Source of the DNA: a virus
Reading direction: 5' to 3' (one strand)
DNA: 64,000 bases
Virus record (IMG/VR): IMGVR_UViG_3300008116_000004
This document shows positions 8,385-17,435 of the stretch, in pieces; positions within the stretch are counted from its first letter, which is position 1; each line of letters opens with the position of its first letter. Position numbers and translations under genes: made by a program. The notes beneath the pieces were generated by a model, which saw only the letters and a program-made list of their open reading frames with translations, ran no database searches and had not been told where the DNA came from.

Positions 8385-8434
8385 TTTGCTCCTGTATTGA
8401 TGAAGACTAATTCGTCTACTGTATATGGCCACAT
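8381..8434 (-). CDS. 17-aa sORF MWPYTVDELVFINTGAK
   Basis: Strong AAGGAG RBS; stop overlaps the next start (ATGA). Confidence 0.55.
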   Translation of the reverse strand: MWPYTVDELVFINTGAK

Positions 8435-8444
8435 ATTGTTCTCC

Positions 8445-8510
8445 TTATGTATGTTTGAAAAACATGTGACCTATGACAGCTGTTACTAAAAGAGTTACAG
8501 CATCAATCAT
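8445..8510 (-). CDS. 21-aa hydrophobic sORF MIDAVTLLVTAVIGHMFFKHT
   Basis: ATGA overlap with the DUF1127 stop; ends at the RBS of the next sORF. Confidence 0.45.
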   Translation of the reverse strand: MIDAVTLLVTAVIGHMFFKHT

Positions 8511-8662
8511 ATGCGTGATCTTACTACGTCATAGATATTAGTTCTATGAATACCAATATCTGCAAGATCTCTATCTGAAAGAGCACTAAGTTCACGAACA
8601 GTTTTTCTCATCTTCGCTTGACGTTTAAGCCAGCGAGATACTTTTTTTCCTATAGATATCAT
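8507..8662 (-). CDS. DUF1127 (YjiS-like) small protein, 51 aa, missed by the ORF track
   Basis: RW.KRQ..MRKTVRELSALSDRDLADIGI is the DUF1127 signature. Confidence 0.85.
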   Translation of the reverse strand: MISIGKKVSRWLKRQAKMRKTVRELSALSDRDLADIGIHRTNIYDVVRSRI

Positions 8663-8663
8663 A

Positions 8664-9170
8664 TTACTTTGCTTTCTTATCTTCTGTTAAGAGTTGCTTT
8701 GTATCAGCAACTTTGCTCTCAGTGGCAGTATCAGTAATATCAATCTTCTTAGGCTTCTTTGAATCTGGAATGATATTCTCGAGCCAAATCTTAAGCATGC
8801 CGTTTACAAGTTCGGCATTCTTAATTTCCACAGTGTCTGCGAGAGAGAACTTACGAGTAAATGCGCGATCAGCAATACCCTTGTGAAGATAATCTACATT
8901 ATTATCTTCGCTTCCGATTGCTGAGTTGCCGGAAATAATTAATGAACCATCCTGGAAAGTCATATCAAGTTGATGCTTACCAAAACCAGCAACAGCCATT
9001 TCGATGACGTACTTATTGTCGTCAACTTTGGCAATATTGTATGGTGGATAGTTTGGGATTACTTTTGAGAGAGTTTCGTTTGCTTCTTCGAATCTCTTGA
9101 TCATTGGTTCAAAACCAACGAAATAACGGTCGAAATTTGGCAAATCAAAAAGTCTTGCTAAATTAGTCAT
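8664..9170 (-). CDS. hsp20: Small heat-shock protein Hsp20/IbpA (start revised to 9170)
   Basis: NYPPYNI, IEMAVAGF, YLHKGIADRAF, AELVNGML; AGGAGG RBS. Confidence 0.95.
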   Translation of the reverse strand: MTNLARLFDLPNFDRYFVGFEPMIKRFEEANETLSKVIPNYPPYNIAKVDDNKYVIEMAVAGFGKHQLDMTFQDGSLIISGNSAIGSEDNNVDYLHKGIADRAFTRKFSLADTVEIKNAELVNGMLKIWLENIIPDSKKPKKIDITDTATESKVADTKQLLTEDKKAK

Positions 9171-9279
9171 ATTTGTCCTCCTGTTAAGCAAGGTTAATGT
9201 AACGTAGACCCATAAGGCGTCTACATAAATATATATAATGCTAAACCGTATAAAATGCAACTAAAAACTTATATCTGAT

Positions 9280-9612
9280 ATGAAAAATCTTGTTACCGTA
9301 ACAGAAAAAGCTAAGAAATACTTATTAGATGCGTGTTTATCAGAAAACCGCAATTCTATAAGACTTGAAGTTATAGGTGGTGGTTGTGCTGGGTTTAGCT
9401 ATAAGTGGGAACTATCGGACCAAAAAGACCCTTTAGATAGTATAGTGCCTTTAGACGAGTCTCATGAACTTATTGTGGATGATACGAGTCTTATGTATGT
9501 GATAGGTACAGAAATTGATTATGAGCAAAAGCTTGGAAGCAGCTCTTTAGTCATTAAAAATCCTAACGAATCTTCTTCCTGCGGATGTGGAAAGTCATTT
9601 AGCGTAGGATAG
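9280..9612 (+). CDS. iscA: IscA/HesB A-type Fe-S carrier
   Basis: GGGCAGFSY and NPN..SCGCGKSF; late promoter CATAAATA at 9224-9231. Confidence 0.93.
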   Translation: MKNLVTVTEKAKKYLLDACLSENRNSIRLEVIGGGCAGFSYKWELSDQKDPLDSIVPLDESHELIVDDTSLMYVIGTEIDYEQKLGSSSLVIKNPNESSSCGCGKSFSVG

Positions 9613-9645
9613 GAGTTCAAAATCGACGTCCCACAGACGTTTGAT

Positions 9646-9852
9646 ATGGAGTGGTCTCAGTGTTATTGGCGATTAGTGTATTGGCAACACAATGTTAAGG
9701 AGTACAATTACCCTAGGTGGGACGTAAAGTCCGACTGGTCGAAACAGTCTATTTACAATGCGTGGGTTGAGGCGGTAAGTAAATCAGATCCAACTATTAG
9801 GATAAGATTAACTTGTCAAAACGGAAAGTATATAGTTCTAGATACCAGATGA
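9646..9852 (+). CDS. Trp-rich hypothetical protein
   Basis: ORF in the plus-strand late operon. Confidence 0.5.
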   Translation: MEWSQCYWRLVYWQHNVKEYNYPRWDVKSDWSKQSIYNAWVEAVSKSDPTIRIRLTCQNGKYIVLDTR

Positions 9853-9859
9853 GGATATT

Positions 9860-10273
9860 ATGATACCTACAGATCCAAAAGAAGCAGCAGAATTAGGTAA
9901 AAAATGGGGTGAGACCATTACAGATTCAGTATTTGGTTTTTCTGATGATATAAAAAAAGTAAAAGCTAAGAATCAGGTTACTAAAGCACGTAATGAATTA
10001 GTCAAAATAAATAATGAAATAGCACGTAATAACAACCTTCTTCGCCAGCAAGCTATGAAAGAGTTAGCTGACGAACAAGAAAGAAAAAGAATGGCTATGA
10101 TGTCTCCTGCTCAAAAGGAGGCTTATAGAAAGGCAAAAGAAAGAGCAGCATTAGAAGAACGTAATAGACAAATTGATGCAGAAAATACTAAACAAATAAT
10201 ACTTGCATCTCTAATTGGTATTTTAATTTTCTTTGCAGTTGGTATGGGTATTTTATTTTATTTGAGACACTGA
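9860..10273 (+). CDS. Coiled-coil protein with C-terminal transmembrane helix
   Basis: Heptad-rich body; hydrophobic tail IILASLIGILIFFAVGMGILFYL. Confidence 0.75.
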   Translation: MIPTDPKEAAELGKKWGETITDSVFGFSDDIKKVKAKNQVTKARNELVKINNEIARNNNLLRQQAMKELADEQERKRMAMMSPAQKEAYRKAKERAALEERNRQIDAENTKQIILASLIGILIFFAVGMGILFYLRH

Positions 10274-10274
10274 T

Positions 10275-10592
10275 ATGGAATTTTTTGTTAAATTATTAGC
10301 TGACGTAGGGTTTCCTATTGCAGCAGCAGGTGCAGCAGGATACTTTGTATTTAAAATGATGCAATTTATCTTAGGTACTGTTATTAAATCTATTAAAGGA
10401 TTAGAAGCGATTATTTCTGGTCTTGATGCACGTGTAAGAGTTATTAATAATGAGATTGTGAAAACAGATAAACTTCTGTCTCAGATCATCGATGTTCCAA
10501 CTGACCCAGAAATAAGTTCAAGATCTAACGATATGAGAACATTAGTAAGAACGGAAGATGGTGGAGAATCAGAAGACGAACTTCGTAATTGA
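10275..10592 (+). CDS. Single-TM membrane protein, paralogue of 10703..11011
   Basis: VGFPIAAAGAAGYFVF TM segment followed by coiled coil LDARVRVINNE. Confidence 0.8.
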   Translation: MEFFVKLLADVGFPIAAAGAAGYFVFKMMQFILGTVIKSIKGLEAIISGLDARVRVINNEIVKTDKLLSQIIDVPTDPEISSRSNDMRTLVRTEDGGESEDELRN

Positions 10593-10702
10593 GGTGAGAG
10601 TTTCTAAAATAAATGATAGGCGATATTATTCAGTATATGATGCAAGTAGAAGAAGATTATTGTTACAAACAAAATATTTAAAAGAAGTGGAAGTGTTTAC
10701 AA

Positions 10703-11011
10703 ATGGATATGGACATAGGGGAACTAGTCAATAAGTATGGATTCCCAATCATCGCAGCTGGTGGAATGGGATACTTCATTTACTTTATCTGGATGTGGAC
10801 GACAACTGAAGTGAGTCCTGTTCTTGCAGATGCAAATAAAACACTTATTGGTCTCATTGACAGAGTAAGAAGATTAGATAATGATCTTATCAGACTTAAT
10901 CAGAAACTAAAAATGACTGTAATACTAAAACAAAAAGCAGATTACAGTAAAGCCGATGTTAAAAAGTTCGATGCTGATATGGAAAAATCATCAGTAAAAA
11001 GGAGAGACTAA
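10703..11011 (+). CDS. Single-TM membrane protein, paralogue of 10275..10592
   Basis: YGFPIIAAGGMGYFIYF followed by LIDRVRRLDND. Confidence 0.8.
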   Translation: MDMDIGELVNKYGFPIIAAGGMGYFIYFIWMWTTTEVSPVLADANKTLIGLIDRVRRLDNDLIRLNQKLKMTVILKQKADYSKADVKKFDADMEKSSVKRRD

Positions 11012-11379
11012 TGAGAAAATTTATTATTTTAGGAACTCTACTATTTGCATCTACTGCAATTGCTGGTAATAATATTCTTCCTTTAAGACCTGGTATTACA
11101 AATAATAATGTAATGTTTGGTACTGCAGTTATTCAAGTAGAAAAGGCACCTATTCAAGTAGAGAAACCTAAAAAAGGTAAACCTACTAACAAACTAGAAT
11201 CATCTGATGAGTTTCCATCTGTAGATGGATACTTCGAAGGTCCACTTCCTGAAGTTATTTTTACCGGTGAACTTGAAGGGAGAGATGGAGAAGGTTCAAG
11301 TGTTGATGAGATTACAGAAGTAGGTTTATTTCCACAACCTTATTATTACTGTATTGACTGTATCAATACATCAGAGTAA
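11011..11379 (+). CDS. Secreted hypothetical protein
   Basis: Signal peptide ending AIA; C-terminal CIDC. Confidence 0.7.
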   Translation: MRKFIILGTLLFASTAIAGNNILPLRPGITNNNVMFGTAVIQVEKAPIQVEKPKKGKPTNKLESSDEFPSVDGYFEGPLPEVIFTGELEGRDGEGSSVDEITEVGLFPQPYYYCIDCINTSE

Positions 11380-13410
11380 TTACTTACTAGTAGCTCTGTA
11401 AACCCCATCAAAACCTTTAGGTGGTCCATCTTCCATACGCTCGAGCATCATGTCATAATAGTGCTCGAGCTTTCCATTAAAGCATGTTTTTAATTCTTTT
11501 GCAAGCTTAGACGCCCCGCCCCAATTGCCATCATAATAATAAGATAAGAATCTAAAGTGTGTCTTTTCTTGATTATTAGCCCAATCGGCTTTATCAACAA
11601 GCGTATAGATCTTCACACCTTCTTTTTTACCTTTAACCGCAATACAATCTAATTCAATAACGTTATAAGAACTCTTTACCTGATTAGCGGTTTCTGGTCC
11701 GAGGATGATCTGTACTCCATAGTTTTTTGATTGTCCTTCGAGTCTTGAGGCTAAATTAACATTATCCCCAAGGCAAGTATAATCAAAACGTTGTATACTA
11801 CCCATGTTTCCCACAACAACATTACCAGTATTGATACCCAATCCCATACCGAACGGGGGGACTCCCTCTTTGGCAATCTCATCATTAAACTCCTTCAACT
11901 TATCTAACATCTTGACTGCAGCTTCAACAGCATGTTTAGCATGCTGTGTATCATCAAGAGGTGCATTCCAAAATGCCATTTGTGCATCACCAATATACTT
12001 GTCAAGTGTTCCGTTTGACTCTAAGATAGACTGAGTCATTGCAGTCATGTAACGATTCATTATCTTAGTAAGACCTTGAACGTCTGTACCGTAATGTTCA
12101 GATATAGAAGTAAACCCGCGAACGTCAGTAAACATGATAGATAACTCTCTTGTCTCACCACCAAGTTGTAGAAGTTCTGGATTCTTCTGTAACTTCTCGA
12201 CCATTGCTGGTGATAGATATGTTCCAAATTGCTTCTTGATTTGTAACTTCTGTAGATACTCAGATATCATTTTCTGAGCAACAATCATAAAGTAAATTAG
12301 TGAACCAGCTAATAGTATATAAGAAGAATCCCAAAGCTGGTTATAAGTTGTAAACAGATAGCTTTGTGTGTATGCTACTGCAGGAAACAATATTACATAA
12401 ACTGGAACTGTCCAAAGTACAGGGAGTCTAGTAACTATTAATATGATAAGAAGACCAAGTAGTGCAAACGCTAATAGTTCTACAGTAGGTGCAATTGCAA
12501 TACGTTCTGGTGTTGTTCCAGCAAATACAGAAAGTAGTGCCTGTGCTTGTAGATCTTGAACAAATTGTTCACCATGAGGTGTGGCAACTACTGTAGAAAC
12601 TCCAGATGCAGACACACCTAGTATAACTAATTTACCTTCAACATCTTTTTGTTCTACATCTAAGAAATCTATATGCTTAAAACGGCTAGAAGGGTCAAGC
12701 CAAATACGAGCATTAGCATCAGTGTTAATAGTCTTAAACTGTGGAATGCGTACAGCCTCGATACCTGCTTCTCCAGTTTTAATTTGGAACGATGGGTCAT
12801 CTGTTAATGTTCTTATTATTTCTAAAGGAAGGGAAGGATATAGTTGATCGCCAATTCTCACTACCATTGGCATACGTCTGATAACACCATCTATTTCTGG
12901 TGTTGATGCAATAGTACCAACACCAGCAGCATTATCTGCAAATTGCTTTAACGGAGCAACAGCACCAGGCCAGCTAAAAGTATAGGGGAGAGGGTCAGCA
13001 CCAATGGCAGAAAATCCTCTCCTAACAGCATCAGGTTTTTGGGTTTGGTTGGTAGGCACCTGCGCAAGTACGATACCCCCAGATCCCACAGATTTTGCAA
13101 ATTCATTATCGTGTCCGCTCCTATCGGGTTCTGAAAACAAAATAGGGAATACTATTACACCAGCTTGATAATGACGAAGACGTTCAATCATATCAGCAAA
13201 CTCTTTACGATCAATAGGCCACTGACCCAGCTTTTCGAGAGTCTTATCAGATACGTCTACAATTACAATATCTTCGTTTGTTGTTATCTCTTTACTTCGT
13301 AACGTATAGTCAATAGACTTAAGTTCAAGAATTTGTACTGGATATGGATTCCAAACCTTAAGTGCTACTAATGCACCAAGTACAAGTAAAGAAATAAGAA
13401 GATTTTTCAT
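11380..13410 (-). CDS. CHASE2-domain membrane class III adenylate cyclase
   Basis: N-terminal TM; CHASE2 motifs (IVIVDV, GQWP..R, DGVIRR.P, YPSL.LE); three TMs; cyclase motifs MFTDVRGFT, DKYIGDAQMAFW, DYTCLGDNVNLASRLEG. Confidence 0.95.
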   Translation of the reverse strand: MKNLLISLLVLGALVALKVWNPYPVQILELKSIDYTLRSKEITTNEDIVIVDVSDKTLEKLGQWPIDRKEFADMIERLRHYQAGVIVFPILFSEPDRSGHDNEFAKSVGSGGIVLAQVPTNQTQKPDAVRRGFSAIGADPLPYTFSWPGAVAPLKQFADNAAGVGTIASTPEIDGVIRRMPMVVRIGDQLYPSLPLEIIRTLTDDPSFQIKTGEAGIEAVRIPQFKTINTDANARIWLDPSSRFKHIDFLDVEQKDVEGKLVILGVSASGVSTVVATPHGEQFVQDLQAQALLSVFAGTTPERIAIAPTVELLAFALLGLLIILIVTRLPVLWTVPVYVILFPAVAYTQSYLFTTYNQLWDSSYILLAGSLIYFMIVAQKMISEYLQKLQIKKQFGTYLSPAMVEKLQKNPELLQLGGETRELSIMFTDVRGFTSISEHYGTDVQGLTKIMNRYMTAMTQSILESNGTLDKYIGDAQMAFWNAPLDDTQHAKHAVEAAVKMLDKLKEFNDEIAKEGVPPFGMGLGINTGNVVVGNMGSIQRFDYTCLGDNVNLASRLEGQSKNYGVQIILGPETANQVKSSYNVIELDCIAVKGKKEGVKIYTLVDKADWANNQEKTHFRFLSYYYDGNWGGASKLAKELKTCFNGKLEHYYDMMLERMEDGPPKGFDGVYRATSK

Positions 13411-13748
13411 TGTGTCTGGTTCACTATCAATGGATATGGATTACAAGATGATATGCCGCAGTACTGTTGTATAGAATAAGAAAGGTTAGAAGAACTATTC
13501 TGTGTAACTGAAATATTATAGTTATTAAAGTTACCATATAATTCTATATTAGAACTATGATTTCCTCCACCTTGTTGATCTATAGAAACAGTACTGTTAT
13601 TTAGGTCTGTTGCTAGAAAGTTTGATGTAGGATCTCCAATCTGAGTAGCAGTTATAGCATTACTATTGCCAGTCAGATTAATAATATTGCTTCCTGCATA
13701 ACAAGGTGTAACTATTAGTAATAGAATTAAACTAATTATTTTTTCCAT
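13407..13748 (-). CDS. Small secreted curlin-like protein (start revised to 13748)
   Basis: Signal peptide MEKIISLILLLIVTPCYA; N/Q/G/S repeats GNSNAITATQIG, SIDQQGGGNH, SVTQN. Confidence 0.7.
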   Translation of the reverse strand: MEKIISLILLLIVTPCYAGSNIINLTGNSNAITATQIGDPTSNFLATDLNNSTVSIDQQGGGNHSSNIELYGNFNNYNISVTQNSSSNLSYSIQQYCGISSCNPYPLIVNQTQ

Positions 13749-14467
13749 AGGATTACTTCCATAGTTCCGTCCATATGCTCGACAATTGCTGAGCAAGTTT
13801 CGACCCAATCCCCACAATTAAGATACGTAACTCCCATAATATCTCGTCTATTAGGATGATGAATATGCCCACAAACAATACCATCACACCCAACAGATTT
13901 TGCATAATTGCAGAGAGTTTTTTCATAATCGCCTATAAAATTTACAGCTTTTTTGACTTTATATTTAAGCCAAGAACTAATAGACCACGGCTTAAATTTT
14001 AATTTATTTCTTATTCTATTAATAAAAACATTTATCACTATGGATACATCATAAGCCCAGGATCCAAAATGAGATAACCATTTGGCGTGCTCTATAACAA
14101 CATCAAATTGATCACCATGTATGACAAGATACTTCTTACCATCTACTCCTATATGATAATCTTTATCTATTAATTTTATATTACCAAATTCATGATCGCC
14201 AAAACTTCTTAAAAATTCATCATGGTTACCAGGTATGTAAATTACTTCTGTACCTTTACGAGCCATTCTCATTAACTTCTGAATAACATCGTTATGAGTC
14301 TGAGGCCAATAAAAAGATTTATATAATGCCCAACCATCAATAATATCACCTACTAAGTATAATTTTTCACATTCAAATGTTTTAATAAATTCTAAAACTT
14401 GATTAGCTTGCGACATCTTAGTGCCAAGATGAATATCAGATATAAAAACTGTTTTATACTTGTTCAT
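13736..14467 (-). CDS. Calcineurin-like metallophosphoesterase (LpxH/YbbF-like)
   Basis: SDIHLG, VGDIID, PGNHD, HGD, GHIH, NCGDW motifs. Confidence 0.9.
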   Translation of the reverse strand: MNKYKTVFISDIHLGTKMSQANQVLEFIKTFECEKLYLVGDIIDGWALYKSFYWPQTHNDVIQKLMRMARKGTEVIYIPGNHDEFLRSFGDHEFGNIKLIDKDYHIGVDGKKYLVIHGDQFDVVIEHAKWLSHFGSWAYDVSIVINVFINRIRNKLKFKPWSISSWLKYKVKKAVNFIGDYEKTLCNYAKSVGCDGIVCGHIHHPNRRDIMGVTYLNCGDWVETCSAIVEHMDGTMEVILWKK

Positions 14468-15585
14468 AGTGATTGCTTTATTGTTATAGTTGTTGAACCA
14501 GCATTGTTTACAACTTGTTTAATTGATATGTTATCTTGAGTTAATTCGTAAGTTGTTGTATGAGTATCTGCCACGTTCAGTTCAGCATAATGATTGACAT
14601 CTTCTCTGTATAATACTACATTGTTCATATCATCTACAAAATATTTAAGTCCTGCACCTTTATTATATCTATTATAGTTTGGAAGTAGTGAGTTAAACTC
14701 TTCTAATTCACTTTGTAAGAATTGTGAACTTTGTGCATCTAAAACATTAAGCATAAAATCTTGATCTAAGAAATTAATATCTAATCTGTTGTTAATAAGA
14801 TAATCTTTGTTCAATTCGTCATAAGCTAGAAAATCTACATTGAGGAAATCTTGATCAAGAAAGCTTTTAGTGGTTGTCATTTCATCTTGAGCTTTTTTAA
14901 TTTCTCTTGGTGGTGTGACAATGAGAATATTATTAATTTGATTCTCGCTCAATTCTAGTATCACAGGTTTAGTAGGAAGTTTACCTCTTGTATCCACTGA
15001 TGTAGCTTGGAATGGTTTAGTCAACCATACTTCACCAGCATCAGTCATAACAACTATTTGTCCTGTGATGCAATCTTTTTCAATGTCTCTGAAGCCGACA
15101 GGGCAAGAAGGTAAAAGAATAATAGTACTGCGACCAATCTCGTCAACAGTAGATGTAAAATCTGTACCTCTGACACCAATCGTAGCAGACGGCGTTTCAA
15201 CCTTAACTTGTTGTGGATCATTCTTTGCAATCTGTCCTGATGTATACTTGACTGTTCCTAAAGCAATCTTAACAGCTAGCTTACCTGCACCTTTGTTAGG
15301 ATCATACACGAAGTTATCTATCACGAGTTTGCTTTGCTCGGTGATATGAACTTGTGTTTGATCCTCAAAAGTAATACCTGCCTTCGCATTAGCAGTAGTG
15401 ACAGTATCATCCATTTCTACTTTAGTACTAAGCTCGGAAGGTATTACTTCTTTGTTTCGCTTTATTTCTGTTGGACCAGTCTGTTCTGTAACAGTACCTA
15501 TTGCAGCATTAGTAGTTGCTGTTAATAGACATAGTGTTGCCAGAGCCAGTAATAGTCGCTGTAACGCTGCTATCAATTCCACCAC
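14464..15585 (-). CDS. Exported FecR-domain protein
   Basis: Signal peptide; D.V.T, ITFEDQT, ETPSATIGVRGTDF FecR motifs; beta-rich C-terminus. Confidence 0.85.
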   Translation of the reverse strand: MVELIAALQRLLLALATLCLLTATTNAAIGTVTEQTGPTEIKRNKEVIPSELSTKVEMDDTVTTANAKAGITFEDQTQVHITEQSKLVIDNFVYDPNKGAGKLAVKIALGTVKYTSGQIAKNDPQQVKVETPSATIGVRGTDFTSTVDEIGRSTIILLPSCPVGFRDIEKDCITGQIVVMTDAGEVWLTKPFQATSVDTRGKLPTKPVILELSENQINNILIVTPPREIKKAQDEMTTTKSFLDQDFLNVDFLAYDELNKDYLINNRLDINFLDQDFMLNVLDAQSSQFLQSELEEFNSLLPNYNRYNKGAGLKYFVDDMNNVVLYREDVNHYAELNVADTHTTTYELTQDNISIKQVVNNAGSTTITIKQSL

Positions 15586-16183
15586 CTTGATCGATGTTTA
15601 CTGTATTTGTTGCACCTACTATAGTTAAATTAGCATTATGTCCACTAGTACTAGCAGCACCAGTTTGTCTTATTTGAACAGTGTTACCGTTACCACCAGA
15701 AATGTCAACTGCTGATTGTGCACCTGATATTGCAGTTGAATCATTGTTGATAGTTACATCATTATTATCTGAATTAATATCGATAGTAGATGTACTTGAA
15801 GATGTATCAAAATTGCGACTAATTATATTACCATTACCGTAAACTGTATCTGTCATAGTAATCATAGAACAAGTAACACACAGTAAACTTAAATCATTAA
15901 AGTTACCTGTAAATGTGTGAGTCAATGTGTTACCGTTACCGTCTACTGAGTAGGCAGCTGTATTGTTATTACCTATCTGATCTATCGTTATGGCATTAGA
16001 GTTGCCATTTATTATCGCGTGATTTGTTGCATCACCAATGCTGTTACCAAGTCCAGTTTGTGTAAAATTAATTGTTGAACTGCTACCAATCTGATCAACT
16101 ATAATACTGTTACTCGCAGCATATGCATATTGAACCATAACAAAGAATGACAAAATCATTGCCAATCTTGTTATTAGTTTCAT
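15509..16183 (-). CDS. Curlin-repeat protein (CsgA/CsgB-like)
   Basis: Signal peptide; repeated x-Q-x-G-x-x-N units (VDQIGSSS, TQTGLGN, IDQIGNNN, RQTG, IDQGG). Confidence 0.8.
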   Translation of the reverse strand: MKLITRLAMILSFFVMVQYAYAASNSIIVDQIGSSSTINFTQTGLGNSIGDATNHAIINGNSNAITIDQIGNNNTAAYSVDGNGNTLTHTFTGNFNDLSLLCVTCSMITMTDTVYGNGNIISRNFDTSSSTSTIDINSDNNDVTINNDSTAISGAQSAVDISGGNGNTVQIRQTGAASTSGHNANLTIVGATNTVNIDQGGGIDSSVTATITGSGNTMSINSNY

Positions 16184-16186
16184 TCC

Positions 16187-16987
16187 TTACCTCTTTTCTG
16201 ACCTATGTTTCCATAATTGTTTTCTCATACCCTCACGGACCATCTGTACTACTGCTTCTTCTATTGCAACTCGAACTGCATATGTTGTAGGCTCATTGAT
16301 ATTATTACCAGCCTCAAACTCCACAGTAGTAGTATTCTGGTCTACAAACTTTAACAAATTTCCATTAGTACCTGTGCTAAGAATAGTCTTAGATACTCCC
16401 GTTGATAATAATATCTCACCAGTATTAATGGAAACTAATCTCAATACTACAGTCACTTCATCTTTACGGTATTGCTGTGATGCACCTATTCCTAATAAAC
16501 GTGCACCAGCACCTCCAGATGAAACATTACTATCATAACCTACCACACCACCTTCGATCATAATACCTGCAACGATTAAAGGTTGTAGTGGCTTTGCTTC
16601 TTTACCTTCGTATACTTCTCTCTGACTCTTAATTAGTTGTCTCTCTTTAACTAGGTTATCTAAATTAACTCTCTCAACAACTTTAAACCAAGTCCCACCT
16701 CCAGCATCCTGGAGAGCCTTTATCATAAACACTTCTGAACCTTGCGATACAGCTGTGCTAAGATCAGCAAAGCGATCATTAGGTTTTCTTTGTCCGGTCA
16801 AATCACCAAACTTGTAAACAGCAACTGGGATAGGATCACTATCAGGTGGCTGTAAATTTACTAAATCATTCTGACGCTTTTTGTAGATAGGAGTAGGCAT
16901 TTCTGTCTTTAATTCGTCCCTATAATCTCTAGGCACAGAATTGCATCCTACTAGTAAAAGCGATGCTAAAATTATAATATATTTCAT
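16187..16987 (-). CDS. csgG: Curli secretion lipoprotein CsgG
   Basis: Lipobox LLVGC; VAVYKFGDLTGQRKP, STAVSQG, WFKVVER..LDNL.KERQLI, IEGGVVGYDSN. Confidence 0.95.
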   Translation of the reverse strand: MKYIIILASLLLVGCNSVPRDYRDELKTEMPTPIYKKRQNDLVNLQPPDSDPIPVAVYKFGDLTGQRKPNDRFADLSTAVSQGSEVFMIKALQDAGGGTWFKVVERVNLDNLVKERQLIKSQREVYEGKEAKPLQPLIVAGIMIEGGVVGYDSNVSSGGAGARLLGIGASQQYRKDEVTVVLRLVSINTGEILLSTGVSKTILSTGTNGNLLKFVDQNTTTVEFEAGNNINEPTTYAVRVAIEEAVVQMVREGMRKQLWKHRSEKR

Positions 16988-17421
16988 ATTGCAAGACTTC
17001 CCAAAGGAACAGTTATGTCAGTTGTCAAACCACCAGCGTCAGTTATTATTAAATGTATACCATCTGCAGTTGATTCCCAGAATATATTAGAACCAGCAAC
17101 ATCAAAAGACCCTGTTGTTAATCCTTGATCTGAAAATAACTGCTCAGCAATTTTCTGAGATATAGTAGCGTATATTCTACTCTCTAAGTTATTAAGAAAC
17201 TTAGCTAGATTAGTATTTTTAGCATCTGCAGCAGCTTTCGCTTCTGCAGCTTTTTTATCCTCTATAATCTTCATCTTACGAGTGTACTCTTGATTTTCTA
17301 TCGTAAGAACATGCGAAGACCACCCTTCACCAGAGAATGAAGGGTTATTAAACTTGAACACCATCTCAGAAGCTGAGGCTGGAGTTATTATCAAAAAACC
17401 TGCTAAAACGTATCTAATCAT
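16984..17421 (-). CDS. csgF: Curli assembly protein CsgF (start revised to 17421)
   Basis: Signal peptide then MVFKFNNPSFSG, matching the CsgF N-terminal F.NP.F.G motif; GGAGG RBS. Confidence 0.88.
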   Translation of the reverse strand: MIRYVLAGFLIITPASASEMVFKFNNPSFSGEGWSSHVLTIENQEYTRKMKIIEDKKAAEAKAAADAKNTNLAKFLNNLESRIYATISQKIAEQLFSDQGLTTGSFDVAGSNIFWESTADGIHLIITDAGGLTTDITVPLGSLAI

Positions 17422-17435
17422 AAATACCTCCGTGA

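Noticed and set aside
9611-9645. Possible ATC start after AGGAG extending ORF 9646..9852
   Set aside because: In frame and well spaced, but cannot be supported without homologues or ribosome data
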